DNA of 64,000 bases from Alphaproteobacteria bacterium (GCA_031549385.1 JAVBPW010000001.1:256001-320000); one strand, 5' to 3'; counted from the first letter of the stretch, positions 9,621-19,085 are shown. Notes: generated by a model from the letters alone, not told the origin. Numbers and translations: made by a program.

Positions 9621-11714
9621 ATGTTTGGAAAAAAATCAATGTTCAACGAAACTAAAGTTGAATTTAAATGGAATAACGCAAAAGTTGTTCTGGAAACTGG
9701 AAAATTAGCTAGACAGGCTACTGGCGCTGTTTGGGCTACTATGGGAGAAACTAAAGTTCTTGCGACCGTGGTTGCTGCTAAAAAAGCAACTGAAGGACAA
9801 GACTTCTTCCCACTTACTGTGGATTATGCAGAAAAATATTCTTCTGTTGGAAGATTACCTGGCGGATTTAAAAAGAGAGAAGGGCGACCAAGCGACGACG
9901 AAATTCTTGTTTCTCGTTTGATTGATAGACCTATTAGACCTTTGTTCCCAGAAACATTCTTCAATGAAGTACAATTGCTTACAACTGTTTATGCTTATGA
10001 TGGTGTTAATAGCCCCGATATTTTGGCTTTAATTGCTGCATCTGCTTGTTTGAGTATCTCTGGTGTTCCATTTATGGGACCTATTGGTGCTGTTAGAGTT
10101 GGATATATTAATAATGAATATGTTTTCAATCCTACACCAGAAGCAAGAAAAGAATCTGCTCTTGAATTAGTTGTTGCTGGAACTTCTAATGGAGTTTTGA
10201 TGGTAGAATCTGAAGCAAAACAATTAAATGAAGATATCATGTTAGGTGCTGTTAAAGCTGGATTTGAAAACTTCCAAGTTGTTATTAAAAATATTAATGA
10301 CTTTGCTAAAAAAGCTAAAAAAGAAGCTTGGGAAGTTCCTGCAAGAACTCCTGCTTTTGCTGAAGTTATGAAACTTTTAGAAAAGAAAGCATTACCTGAT
10401 CTTACTAAAGCTTATAAAATTAAAGACAAGTTAGAAAGACAAGATGCTGTTGCTGCTGCTAAAGAAGCTGCTAAAGAAGCTATTGCTGAAAATGAAGAAT
10501 TATTACCTGCATTTGAAACTGCTTTCTTTGAAACAGAATATAAACTTGTTCGTGGAATGGCTTTAAATGATAAAAAGAGAATCGACGGAAGAAAGTTAGA
10601 TGAAGTTAGACCTATTGAATGTGAAGTTGATATTTTACCAACTAATCACGGTTCATCTTTATTTACACGTGGAGAAACTCAATCTCTTGCTACTTTGACT
10701 TTAGCTACAGTAGATGAAGGTCAAATGATTGATGATATTTATGGTATTAGAGATGAAAATTTCTTATTACATTATAACTTCCCAGCTTTCTCTGTTGGAG
10801 AAATTTCAAGAAGAGCATCACTTGGTAGACGTGAACTTGGACATGGAAAATTAGGTTGGAGAGCTCTTCACCCTGTATTGCCATCTCTTGAAGAATTCGG
10901 TTATACTATCAAAATTACTTCTGATATTTTAGAATCTAATGGTTCATCTTCTATGGCTACTGTTTGTGCTGGATGTATGGCTTTAATGGCTGGTGGAGTG
11001 CAAATTAAAGCTCCTGTTGCTGGTATTGCTATGGGTCTTATTAAAGAAGGTAATGACTATGTAGTTCTTTCTGATATCATGGGTGACGAAGATCATCTTG
11101 GAGATATGGACTTTAAAGTGGCTGGATCTAAAGAAGGTATCACATCTTTACAAATGGATATTAAAATTACTTCTATTACTTTTGAAATTATGGAAAAAGC
11201 TTTGAAACAAGCTCGAGATGGACGTATTCATATCTTGGGTGAAATGGCTAAAGCTATTAAGGCACCTAGAAAAGATCTTTCTAAGAATGCTCCTCAAATA
11301 GAAGATATTGAAATTCCTGCTGCTAAAGTTAGAGAAGTTATCGGAAGCGGTGGATCGGTTATTAAGAAAATCCAAGAAGATTTCCAAGTAACTGTTAATA
11401 TCGACGATAAGAATGTTGCACATGTTGCATCTGCTAACCTTGAAAATTTAGAAAAAGCTGTTGCTTTTATTAAAGGTATTTTTGCTGAACCTGAAGTTGG
11501 GCAAATTTATACAGGTGAAGTTGTAAATATCCAAAAGTTCGGTGCATTCGTTAGATTTTTTGGCCAACAAGATGGACTTGTTCATATCTCTGAATTTGGT
11601 ACAAAAGAAAAACGTGTTGATAATATCGAAACAGTTGTAAAACTTGGAGATAAATTAAAGGTTAAATACCTTGGAAAAGAAAAAGGTAAAACTAAATTAC
11701 AATTAGTAAAATAG
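9621..11714 (+). CDS. pnp: Polyribonucleotide nucleotidyltransferase
   Basis: FFPLTVDY, RLIDRPIRPLF, FTRGETQ, ESNGSSSMA, DHLGDMDFKVAG; KH and S1 domains. Confidence 0.98.
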   Translation: MFGKKSMFNETKVEFKWNNAKVVLETGKLARQATGAVWATMGETKVLATVVAAKKATEGQDFFPLTVDYAEKYSSVGRLPGGFKKREGRPSDDEILVSRLIDRPIRPLFPETFFNEVQLLTTVYAYDGVNSPDILALIAASACLSISGVPFMGPIGAVRVGYINNEYVFNPTPEARKESALELVVAGTSNGVLMVESEAKQLNEDIMLGAVKAGFENFQVVIKNINDFAKKAKKEAWEVPARTPAFAEVMKLLEKKALPDLTKAYKIKDKLERQDAVAAAKEAAKEAIAENEELLPAFETAFFETEYKLVRGMALNDKKRIDGRKLDEVRPIECEVDILPTNHGSSLFTRGETQSLATLTLATVDEGQMIDDIYGIRDENFLLHYNFPAFSVGEISRRASLGRRELGHGKLGWRALHPVLPSLEEFGYTIKITSDILESNGSSSMATVCAGCMALMAGGVQIKAPVAGIAMGLIKEGNDYVVLSDIMGDEDHLGDMDFKVAGSKEGITSLQMDIKITSITFEIMEKALKQARDGRIHILGEMAKAIKAPRKDLSKNAPQIEDIEIPAAKVREVIGSGGSVIKKIQEDFQVTVNIDDKNVAHVASANLENLEKAVAFIKGIFAEPEVGQIYTGEVVNIQKFGAFVRFFGQQDGLVHISEFGTKEKRVDNIETVVKLGDKLKVKYLGKEKGKTKLQLVK

Positions 11715-11731
11715 AAAACCAATTTTTAAAT

Positions 11732-11758
11732 AAAAGGCCGGCATTTAGCCGGCTTTTT
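11732..11758. terminator. Bidirectional intrinsic terminator after pnp
   Basis: AAAAGGCCGGC-ATTTA-GCCGGCTTTTT. Confidence 0.8.
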
Positions 11759-11783
11759 GTTTATTAAACACTTGTTTTTGGAT

Positions 11784-12026
11784 TCAATTTTGCTCATAGA
11801 ACAGAACATGTTCCTCTGATTGAGGAGCTGTTAGTTCAACTCTTTGACAAAAGACATCTTCGCCAGATTTGAGAGGAACCCCTTCTTGTGGAAACATGTA
11901 AACAATGTCTCCAGAAATAACTGTTTTTAGCGTTATCCGTGCTTCGGATACGTCTATAATTCTGCACCTTACAGGAGTCTTTATTTCTCCTTTTGATACA
12001 GCTCTTAGAAACTGTTTTCTGGTCAT
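11784..12026 (-). CDS. Small hypothetical protein (ORFan)
   Basis: 80-aa ORF filling an intergenic gap, with a TTGACA promoter upstream. Confidence 0.55.
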   Translation of the reverse strand: MTRKQFLRAVSKGEIKTPVRCRIIDVSEARITLKTVISGDIVYMFPQEGVPLKSGEDVFCQRVELTAPQSEEHVLFYEQN

Positions 12027-12145
12027 TTCTTTTATATGTTTTTAGGTTTAAAATTTAAAAGTTCTTTTGGTTTTAATATATATTGAATCTAATGTCAAAA
12101 GAATTATTGATTTTATTAACATTTATTTATATATTCTTCTTACGC

Positions 12146-12220
12146 GTCCCTATCGTCTAGCGGTTAGGACAGAGGGTTCTCAATCCTCCAACACGGGTTC
12201 GAATCCCGTTAGGGATGCCA
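12146..12220 (+). tRNA. tRNA-Glu(CTC)
   Basis: GTCCCTA/TAGGGAT, GAGGG-TT-CTC-AA-TCCTC, GGTTCGAATCC, CCA. Confidence 0.94.
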
Positions 12221-12241
12221 GCAACTTGAAGTTGCACACTT
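12221..12241 (+). repeat. Conserved tRNA 3'-trailer hairpin, copy 4
   Basis: G-CAACTTGAAGTTG-C-ACACTT directly after CCA. Confidence 0.85.
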
Positions 12242-12330
12242 TATTAGGGGTTATAGCTTGTGTTAATGTTATAAAAAAAGAGTCTGATTTTTCAATCAAA
12301 CTCTTTTTATAAAATAACTGGAAATTTGTT

Positions 12331-12582
12331 TTAACCATCTATGACAAATTCAATGAAGAACCAAATGCTGCCGAGGAATATAAGTCCGCCAAAAATAACA
12401 AGAATAACAGTTATAATAAGTGGAACTTCTGGAATAAAGAAACCTGCGCATACTATCAATATACCTATAGCAAAAATACAAAGGGTTATTAAGGTGTGTA
12501 ATATCGTAAATAAACACCCTCCGCCCTTTTCATCACCTCCATAATGTACAGGAGGTATTACAGTTGGAACAATGATTACCAT
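12331..12582 (-). CDS. Small two-TM membrane protein (ORFan)
   Basis: 83 aa with two hydrophobic helices; TTGACA upstream. Confidence 0.6.
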   Translation of the reverse strand: MVIIVPTVIPPVHYGGDEKGGGCLFTILHTLITLCIFAIGILIVCAGFFIPEVPLIITVILVIFGGLIFLGSIWFFIEFVIDG

Positions 12583-12727
12583 GGTTTTATGTTTTTAAGG
12601 TTTATGTATTTTTAATACATCTATGAACTTTATATAGTAACATATACTATATTTGTCAAGAGTCTTTCATATATATTTTTTATGTATTTTATGGTAGAAT
12701 TAGTAAAATAATTTAATAGGAGATATT

Positions 12728-13174
12728 ATGGGTTTTTTGGGAGAGTTTAAAAAATTTGCTATGCGTGGTAATGTTATTGATATGTCTGTCGGTATCATTA
12801 TTGGGGCTGCTTTTGGTAAAATTGTTGATTCTATGGTGAAAGATATACTTATGCCAGGGATTGGTATGCTTGTTGGTAATGTAGATTTTAGTAATATTTT
12901 TATTACTCTTAAACATGGAAAACAAGTTGATCCTTATAACTCTTTAGCTCAAGCTGTTGCTGATGGAGCTGTTACTATTAATATTGGGGTTTTTATTAAT
13001 ACTTTTATTACATTTATAATTGTGGCTTTTGCTGTGTTCTTGTTGATTAGAACTATTAATAAGGTTGATAAAAATCAAATACAAATCAATAAACAAAAAA
13101 GTTGTCCAGAATGCTTTGAAAAGATAAATATTAAAGCTAAAAGATGTCCTAATTGTACTTCTAAATTAGACTAA
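12728..13174 (+). CDS. mscL: Large-conductance mechanosensitive channel with C-terminal zinc ribbon
   Basis: EFKKFAMRGNVIDMSVGIIIGAAFGKIV; CPEC...CPNC tail. Confidence 0.95.
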   Translation: MGFLGEFKKFAMRGNVIDMSVGIIIGAAFGKIVDSMVKDILMPGIGMLVGNVDFSNIFITLKHGKQVDPYNSLAQAVADGAVTINIGVFINTFITFIIVAFAVFLLIRTINKVDKNQIQINKQKSCPECFEKINIKAKRCPNCTSKLD

Positions 13175-13260
13175 ATACCGGCTTTTAGTGATATTTTTAA
13201 TTTTATAAAGTATTGTTTTTGGATTCTAATTTGTTGTTTTAAAATATAAAGGAGATAATT

Positions 13261-13728
13261 ATGAAAGTTTCAGGTGAGTATAAATTAAAAGATTATTTTA
13301 AATACTTTTTCTATATTATGTTTTCAAGGAGATCTATTCCTGTTTTTATAATAGTAGCTCTTATATTTGCTTTTTTATATGAAAGTTTATTCGTTGCATA
13401 TTTTTGTATAACTTGGTTTTTAGTTATATTTATATTTGTACTTTTAATTACTTATTTTAGATATAAAACAATGAAAAAAGCTGCTAAACTTGGATTGAAA
13501 TTTCGTTCTGATATAACTCTTGGTAATGAAGAATTAAAAGTAGAAGATTTTGTAGGAGATGCTGTTTTTAAATTTTCTGATTTTAGAAGATTATACTGTG
13601 TTAAAGAATTTAAAAATTATTTTTATGTTTTTATAATTAGAAGTCAGGCTATTATTATTCCAAAAAGATTTTTTAATAATAAAAATGATATGCAAAAATT
13701 TAGAGAAAAGATTGTAGAATATTTATAA
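13261..13728 (+). CDS. YcxB-like membrane protein
   Basis: Two TM helices and a C-terminal 'E.KNYFY......AIIIPKR.F' motif. Confidence 0.7.
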   Translation: MKVSGEYKLKDYFKYFFYIMFSRRSIPVFIIVALIFAFLYESLFVAYFCITWFLVIFIFVLLITYFRYKTMKKAAKLGLKFRSDITLGNEELKVEDFVGDAVFKFSDFRRLYCVKEFKNYFYVFIIRSQAIIIPKRFFNNKNDMQKFREKIVEYL

Positions 13729-13753
13729 AATCCGGCTTTTAACCGGATTTTTT
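13727..13753. terminator. Bidirectional terminator between the YcxB-like gene and dnaQ
   Basis: AAAATCCGG-CTTTTAA-CCGGATTTTTT. Confidence 0.7.
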
Positions 13754-13785
13754 ATTTTTATAAGTCTTTGTTTTTTGAATCAAAT

Positions 13786-14475
13786 TTACCAAATGTTGTC
13801 TTTTAGTTTTGATATGAAATCTAAATGATTTTTTAAGTCATCTTCTTGGATTGGAAATATTCTTGGTTCTTTGTAAGTTTTACCTTTTAGTTTTACTTGT
13901 TTTAAGTCACCTTTTTTTTCTGATTCAAAAAATTCTTGTTCTCTGTCTACTGTTAATTCTAAATAAACTTCTGATAAAATATAACTATCAAGTAATGCTC
14001 CATGACCTTTTTCATTACGTTCACTTAAATCAATTTTAAAGTACTCACAGAGGGCATCAAGTGAATGACGTGATATGTCTGTTAATTTTCGACGAGCTAT
14101 CCATAATGTGTCAATTAAACGCGTTTGTGGTATTGTTGGACGACCTATCTTTGTTAGTTCACTGTTTAAGAATTTAAAATCAAATGTTCCATTATGTGCA
14201 ACAAGAGGTGTATCATGACCTATAAATTCAATTAAATCGTTTACTATTTCACAAAAACAAGGTTTATCTGATAAAAAATCATTAGATAATTTATGTACTC
14301 TTAGCGCACCTTCTGATACTTCTTTACCTTCTGGGTTTATATAAGCATGGAAATGCTTTCCTGTTGGAACTTTATTAATTAATTCTACACAACCTATTTC
14401 AATCATTCTGTCGCCAGATACTGGATCAAATCCTGTTGTTTCTGTATCAAATACTATTTCTCTCATTTTATTCAC
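13786..14475 (-). CDS. dnaQ: DNA polymerase III epsilon subunit
   Basis: FDTETTG, EIGCVEL, LVAHN..FD, HGALLDS.IL.EVY.EL. Confidence 0.95.
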   Translation of the reverse strand: MNKMREIVFDTETTGFDPVSGDRMIEIGCVELINKVPTGKHFHAYINPEGKEVSEGALRVHKLSNDFLSDKPCFCEIVNDLIEFIGHDTPLVAHNGTFDFKFLNSELTKIGRPTIPQTRLIDTLWIARRKLTDISRHSLDALCEYFKIDLSERNEKGHGALLDSYILSEVYLELTVDREQEFFESEKKGDLKQVKLKGKTYKEPRIFPIQEDDLKNHLDFISKLKDNIW

Positions 14476-15493
14476 GCACCACTAAACAATCTTTATTTTT
14501 TTTCTTTATATTCTCACATATTTGATTTGCTTTTTCAAATGTTAAATTTACTAATTGTGGTTTGTAGATTATTCCTTTTTCACCTTGGCTTACCATAACT
14601 TGACTTTGGGCTGATAATCCTTCAACCACCTTTAATGCTTGGTCTTTATTATAAAATGCTCCGAGTTGAACTTTATAATCTTGGTCTATCTTTTTATATT
14701 TTTGATTTTTTAATCCTACTTTTTGAAAACCATAATCTAATAAAATAACTACTTCTTTATCTCTTTTCTTGGCTGTTTTGTTTCCTAATGATACTGCTAT
14801 GATTGTTTTACCTTGGCGAGTGGCTGATGCTATTAAATTATACCCTGATTTATCTGTATAACCTGTTTTCATTCCATTACCACCTTCATAAGTATTTAGG
14901 ATATTATTATGTGTTACATATTTCTTACCTTTATATTTAAATTCTTTAGTTTTAAAGTATTTAAAGTATTGAGGAAAATGACTATATATTGCGTAACCAA
15001 GCATTGCCATATCATATGCTGTACAATATTGATTTTCATCTGTAAGACCTGATGCATTTTTAAATGATGTGTTTTGTAGACCTATTTGTGCGGCAGCTGC
15101 TGTCATTATATCTGAAAATCCATTTTCTGTTGTTCCTATGTTTTCAGATAAAACTACTGCTGCATCATTTGCTGATTTTATTATTAATGCATATATTGCT
15201 TCTTTTACTGTTATTGTGTCGCCTATTTTTAAACCTAATTTAGTTTGAGGTTGTTGTGTGGCTCTATATGATACTTTTAATTTTTGATCTTCTTTTATTA
15301 CACCTTTTTCAAGTGCATCAAAAGTTATATATAAAACCATTAATTTTGTGAGTGATGCAGGATAATTGTTTTTAGATTCTGCTGATTTGTATAGTAGGTC
15401 ACCTGTGTCTGCATTTAATACTACATAGGAATGTTCTAATGCATTTGCATTAAAAGTGAATAGTATAGTAAAAAGTAGTATCAGTTTCTTCAT
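14468..15493 (-). CDS. D-alanyl-D-alanine carboxypeptidase (S11) with SPOR domain
   Basis: Intact PASLTK, SAN and KTG motifs; C-terminal VQLGAF SPOR domain. Confidence 0.92.
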   Translation of the reverse strand: MKKLILLFTILFTFNANALEHSYVVLNADTGDLLYKSAESKNNYPASLTKLMVLYITFDALEKGVIKEDQKLKVSYRATQQPQTKLGLKIGDTITVKEAIYALIIKSANDAAVVLSENIGTTENGFSDIMTAAAAQIGLQNTSFKNASGLTDENQYCTAYDMAMLGYAIYSHFPQYFKYFKTKEFKYKGKKYVTHNNILNTYEGGNGMKTGYTDKSGYNLIASATRQGKTIIAVSLGNKTAKKRDKEVVILLDYGFQKVGLKNQKYKKIDQDYKVQLGAFYNKDQALKVVEGLSAQSQVMVSQGEKGIIYKPQLVNLTFEKANQICENIKKKNKDCLVVRE

Positions 15494-15519
15494 AACAAAT
15501 ATTTATATATTAAAAGTTA

Positions 15520-15740
15520 TTATTATTACTGTGTTAAAAATTGTGAAATTAAGAAGTTTTTCATAAGTTTTTCACAGGTAAGTTTGTATTATCATTTCTA
15601 TGATTTTAAAGATATTTCAATCTTAATCAAGAGGGTTGTTAAAAAAAGAAAAACTGTTAATAAGTTGTAGTTAGATTTTAGTAAAAAAATTATTATTATT
15701 ACTATTACAAAGTTATTCACATATAGTTGTGGAAAAGTAA
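15520..15740. promoter_or_regulatory. DnaA-box cluster (oriC candidate or DnaA-titration locus)
   Basis: TTWTNCACA matches at 15568 (+), 15713 (+) and 15728 (-); one-mismatch boxes at 15530, 15557 and 15655; (TAT/TAC)n tract at 15690-15708. Confidence 0.55.
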
Positions 15741-15766
15741 AAAAAATCCCCAGAGGGATTTATTTT

Positions 15767-16066
15767 TTATATAATACAATTATTAATTATGTTTTCATAT
15801 TTTTCTTTTACTTTTTTAATTGTTTCGATACTTGCTTTTTTGTATCCATCATTATTTTTAATTGTTAAAAGAATTAAATTTAATAACATCATTAAAATTT
15901 CATCTTTGGAGTTAGTGTTTATTAAATTTTCTAAATCCTTTTCGATTACTTTTTCAGGTTCTGGTGGAAGAATGATTGTTTCCATTCCGTCTATTACACC
16001 TGCATGTATTATTTTATCATAATTGATATTATTACCGTTAAAGGTAAAAATTATTAAATAATTCAT
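15767..16066 (-). CDS. Hypothetical protein (ORFan)
   Basis: 99-aa ORF with a TTGACT promoter upstream and a hairpin downstream. Confidence 0.55.
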   Translation of the reverse strand: MNYLIIFTFNGNNINYDKIIHAGVIDGMETIILPPEPEKVIEKDLENLINTNSKDEILMMLLNLILLTIKNNDGYKKASIETIKKVKEKYENIINNCII

Positions 16067-16248
16067 AAGATTTATTTTTTAAAGTTTAAATAAATAATAT
16101 CATTATTTTATATCATAGTCAAATTTATATTTTTCCGGCTTTTTAGTAGTTTTTTTATTTTTGTAAGTCTTTGTTTTTTGAATCGAATTTTAAAGTTGTA
16201 AAAAATCATATTTTTTGGTATAATTATATACCTGTAAAGGAGAGTAAT

Positions 16249-16542
16249 ATGAAAGAGACTGTATTAAAGGCAGTTGCACAGCCACCACAATTTTTTAAAG
16301 CACCTTATAGATTAGCTATTTTTAATATTTTATTTCATGTAGCTCTTATGTGTGTTGTGCTTGTTGTGGTTTCTATTGTTAATCCTTTATTTTTTATTGT
16401 TAGTGGTTTTTTAGTTCATTTTTATTTAATATATCTTTATAAAAAAGAACCTCATATTGATAATATTTTGAAAAATATAAAAATTGTACTTAGATCTACT
16501 AATAATTTAGATGGTGAAAATGTAAAAAAGTATTTTAATTAA
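16249..16542 (+). CDS. virB3: Type IV secretion VirB3-like protein
   Basis: KAVAQPP..F.AP, two TM helices, KEPH; AGGAG before ATG 16249; directly precedes virB4. Confidence 0.8.
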   Translation: MKETVLKAVAQPPQFFKAPYRLAIFNILFHVALMCVVLVVVSIVNPLFFIVSGFLVHFYLIYLYKKEPHIDNILKNIKIVLRSTNNLDGENVKKYFN

Positions 16543-16553
16543 GAGGATGTAGC

Positions 16554-19028
16554 TTGTTTGATTTTGTTTTAGATTTTTTTAATTTTGAATTGAATTTTAA
16601 AAGTATTGTGCTTTTTATTGTAGCTATATTTTCTTTTTCACTGTTTTTACTTATTTTTGTTAGAAAGTTTGTTGATAAAATTTTACCAACTGTAAATGAA
16701 ACACGTTTAAAAGATTTTTTGCCTTTCTTGGGTGTTGATCAGGATAAAAAAACTATTCTTTGTAATGATAATACATATGTTCGTGTTTTTTTAGTTGATG
16801 GACTTAATATGATACTTGTGTCTGATAAAGAAAAACAACTTTATTTAGATGTTAGAAAAAAATTTATAGAATCTTTAGATAGTGAAAGTGTTAGTACTAA
16901 ATTTGTTACTTTAAGACAAAAAATTTCTCAAGATACTACAACTGATCATACTAATTTTGTTTTAAAGAAAATTAATGATAAGTGGAATGAAAAAATGAGA
17001 ACTATTTATTCCAATAAATATTATGTAGTTGTTTCTGTTAAAGATGTTGTTAAAAAGAATGCTTTGCAAAAGTTAAATGAAGTAGAACAAATTTTATTAA
17101 CTACTCTTTCTCCATTTAGTCCAAAAGTATTATTACAACAAAATGATTTGAATAAAGATTCTTTGTTGGATGTTTATTCTTATATGGCGTCACCTATTAG
17201 CCGACCTAATATTCGTGGAGATGTTAGTATGGCTTCTATTAATGAGTTAGTTTCTGGAGATGAAGTTGTTTTCAATAAAAATGGTGTTATAGAATTTAGA
17301 TCAGGTGAGAAAAAAAGATATATGACTGTTATAGGTCTTAAAAGAGTACCTGATTATATTGATGAACAAATGTATTCTGATTTAATGACACTTGATTATG
17401 AAATGATTTTCTTAAAATCTTTAAAAGTTTATCCTAATTTAAAAGGAGCAGCGGTTCTTAATTCTCAAAAACGAATTGATCTTTCTACTAATTTTTCTTC
17501 TGAAGTGGAAGGACAATATGATTATGCTATTGATGAACTTAATGATATTGCTGAAAAATCTCAAAAGTTGGTTGATTTTGGAGAAGCTATTTATTTATAT
17601 TCTGATAATTTGCAAGAATTGGAAAAAGGTGTGGAAGATGTATTTAAAGTTCTTAGACTTTATATGGCAACACCTGCTCGTGAAACTTGGGTTGCTCAGA
17701 TTTCATGGTTCTGCTTATTTCCATCTTATGATATAGTACCACGTGTATATAAATTATTATCACGTGCTGTTGCTTGTTCTTTAGTTTTTGAAAGAGTACC
17801 AACTGGATTTATGGGTAATGATTGGGGTGATGGATGTATTTCTATGTTCCCAACTGCTAATGGAACTAATTATAGATTCCAATTCCATATTTCATCTGCG
17901 CCTGCTGCCGTTGCTCACTCTGTTGTTATTGGACCAACTGGTATTGGTAAAACTACACTTTATGCTTTCTTGTGTGGGGCTGCTATGAGATATCCTAAAC
18001 TTAAAGCTTATTTCTTTGATAGAAATAGAGGTATTGAAATCTTTACTAATGCTGTTGGTGGATCTTATCTAACTTTCGTTAGTGGAAAAACTAAAGATAT
18101 TGATTATGGAAAACAAACTTATATGAATCCTTTGAAACTTCCAGATTCACCAGAAAATAGACAGTTTTTAAGACAATGGTTAAAAGCTATTACTTATATG
18201 GATACTCAAGATTATATAAAAGAAGAAGCTGGGGTTGAAGAAGAAATAGCACGCGCTGTATCTGTTGTTTATGATTATTTAGATTATGATTTAAGATCTT
18301 TGAAGAATATCTATAAATCATGTTTTAATCCTAAAGGAATTGTAAGACAAGAAATTAAACGTTGGGTAGATGATGAACAATATGGAATGCTGTTTAATTC
18401 TCCAGTTGATAATTTAGACCTTTCATCTCAATTAACATCTTTTGATTTTACTAATATTTTTGAAGATCCAAAATTAGCACCAGCTATTATTTCATATATT
18501 ATGAATCAGATTAATAATATTTCTACACGAACAGGGGATCCGTCACTTGTTGTAATTGATGAAACTGCACCTATGTTGGAAAATCCTATGTTTAGAAGTA
18601 ATTTCATTATTGGATTACAAGAGGGTAGAAAGAAAAGACAAGCTTATATGGCTGCATTTCAACAACCTAATATTATCGATAAATTAGGAGTAGGGGAAGC
18701 AATCAGAGGTCAATGCCAAACAGTGATATTCTTTAAAAATCCACAAGCAACCTCACAAGATTATGCAGGTTGGAATTTAAATGAAAAAGAAATGGCATTT
18801 ATAGCAGGTAAACTTTATCCAGAACTAAGATATGCTATTTTGATAAAACGACCATTCATAAATGAATCAGTAATTCTAAATATAGATCTTTCATTTGAAG
18901 GACAATATTTGAAGATTTTTGATAGTGGAAGAAAGTCTGTAGTGTTGGCTGATGAGATTCTCAAGAAGATGGGGGCTGGGGCAGCTGGAACAGAGAAGTA
19001 CTTTAACGAGTTATTAAAATCATTATAG
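16554..19028 (+). CDS. virB4: Type IV secretion ATPase VirB4
   Basis: Walker A GPTGIGKTT, FFDRNRG, NPLKL, Walker B VVIDE, RKK..., IFFKNP. Confidence 0.9.
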   Translation: MFDFVLDFFNFELNFKSIVLFIVAIFSFSLFLLIFVRKFVDKILPTVNETRLKDFLPFLGVDQDKKTILCNDNTYVRVFLVDGLNMILVSDKEKQLYLDVRKKFIESLDSESVSTKFVTLRQKISQDTTTDHTNFVLKKINDKWNEKMRTIYSNKYYVVVSVKDVVKKNALQKLNEVEQILLTTLSPFSPKVLLQQNDLNKDSLLDVYSYMASPISRPNIRGDVSMASINELVSGDEVVFNKNGVIEFRSGEKKRYMTVIGLKRVPDYIDEQMYSDLMTLDYEMIFLKSLKVYPNLKGAAVLNSQKRIDLSTNFSSEVEGQYDYAIDELNDIAEKSQKLVDFGEAIYLYSDNLQELEKGVEDVFKVLRLYMATPARETWVAQISWFCLFPSYDIVPRVYKLLSRAVACSLVFERVPTGFMGNDWGDGCISMFPTANGTNYRFQFHISSAPAAVAHSVVIGPTGIGKTTLYAFLCGAAMRYPKLKAYFFDRNRGIEIFTNAVGGSYLTFVSGKTKDIDYGKQTYMNPLKLPDSPENRQFLRQWLKAITYMDTQDYIKEEAGVEEEIARAVSVVYDYLDYDLRSLKNIYKSCFNPKGIVRQEIKRWVDDEQYGMLFNSPVDNLDLSSQLTSFDFTNIFEDPKLAPAIISYIMNQINNISTRTGDPSLVVIDETAPMLENPMFRSNFIIGLQEGRKKRQAYMAAFQQPNIIDKLGVGEAIRGQCQTVIFFKNPQATSQDYAGWNLNEKEMAFIAGKLYPELRYAILIKRPFINESVILNIDLSFEGQYLKIFDSGRKSVVLADEILKKMGAGAAGTEKYFNELLKSL

Positions 19029-19032
19029 TTTT

Positions 19033-19085
19033 GGGCACATTGAAAATGGGTTGCAAATAACATTTTCACCTCATTTTGAATGGCC
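19033..19085 (+). repeat. Palindromic element, internally deleted copy (E1)
   Basis: GGGCACATTGAAAATGGGTTGCAAATAACATTTTC joined to ACCTCATTTTGAATGGCC; matches both ends of 46135-46259. Confidence 0.8.

Noticed and set aside
2233-12241. tRNA trailer repeats or the ~55-bp motif as a CRISPR array
   Set aside because: Copies are dispersed rather than regularly spaced by unique spacers, and no cas genes are present.
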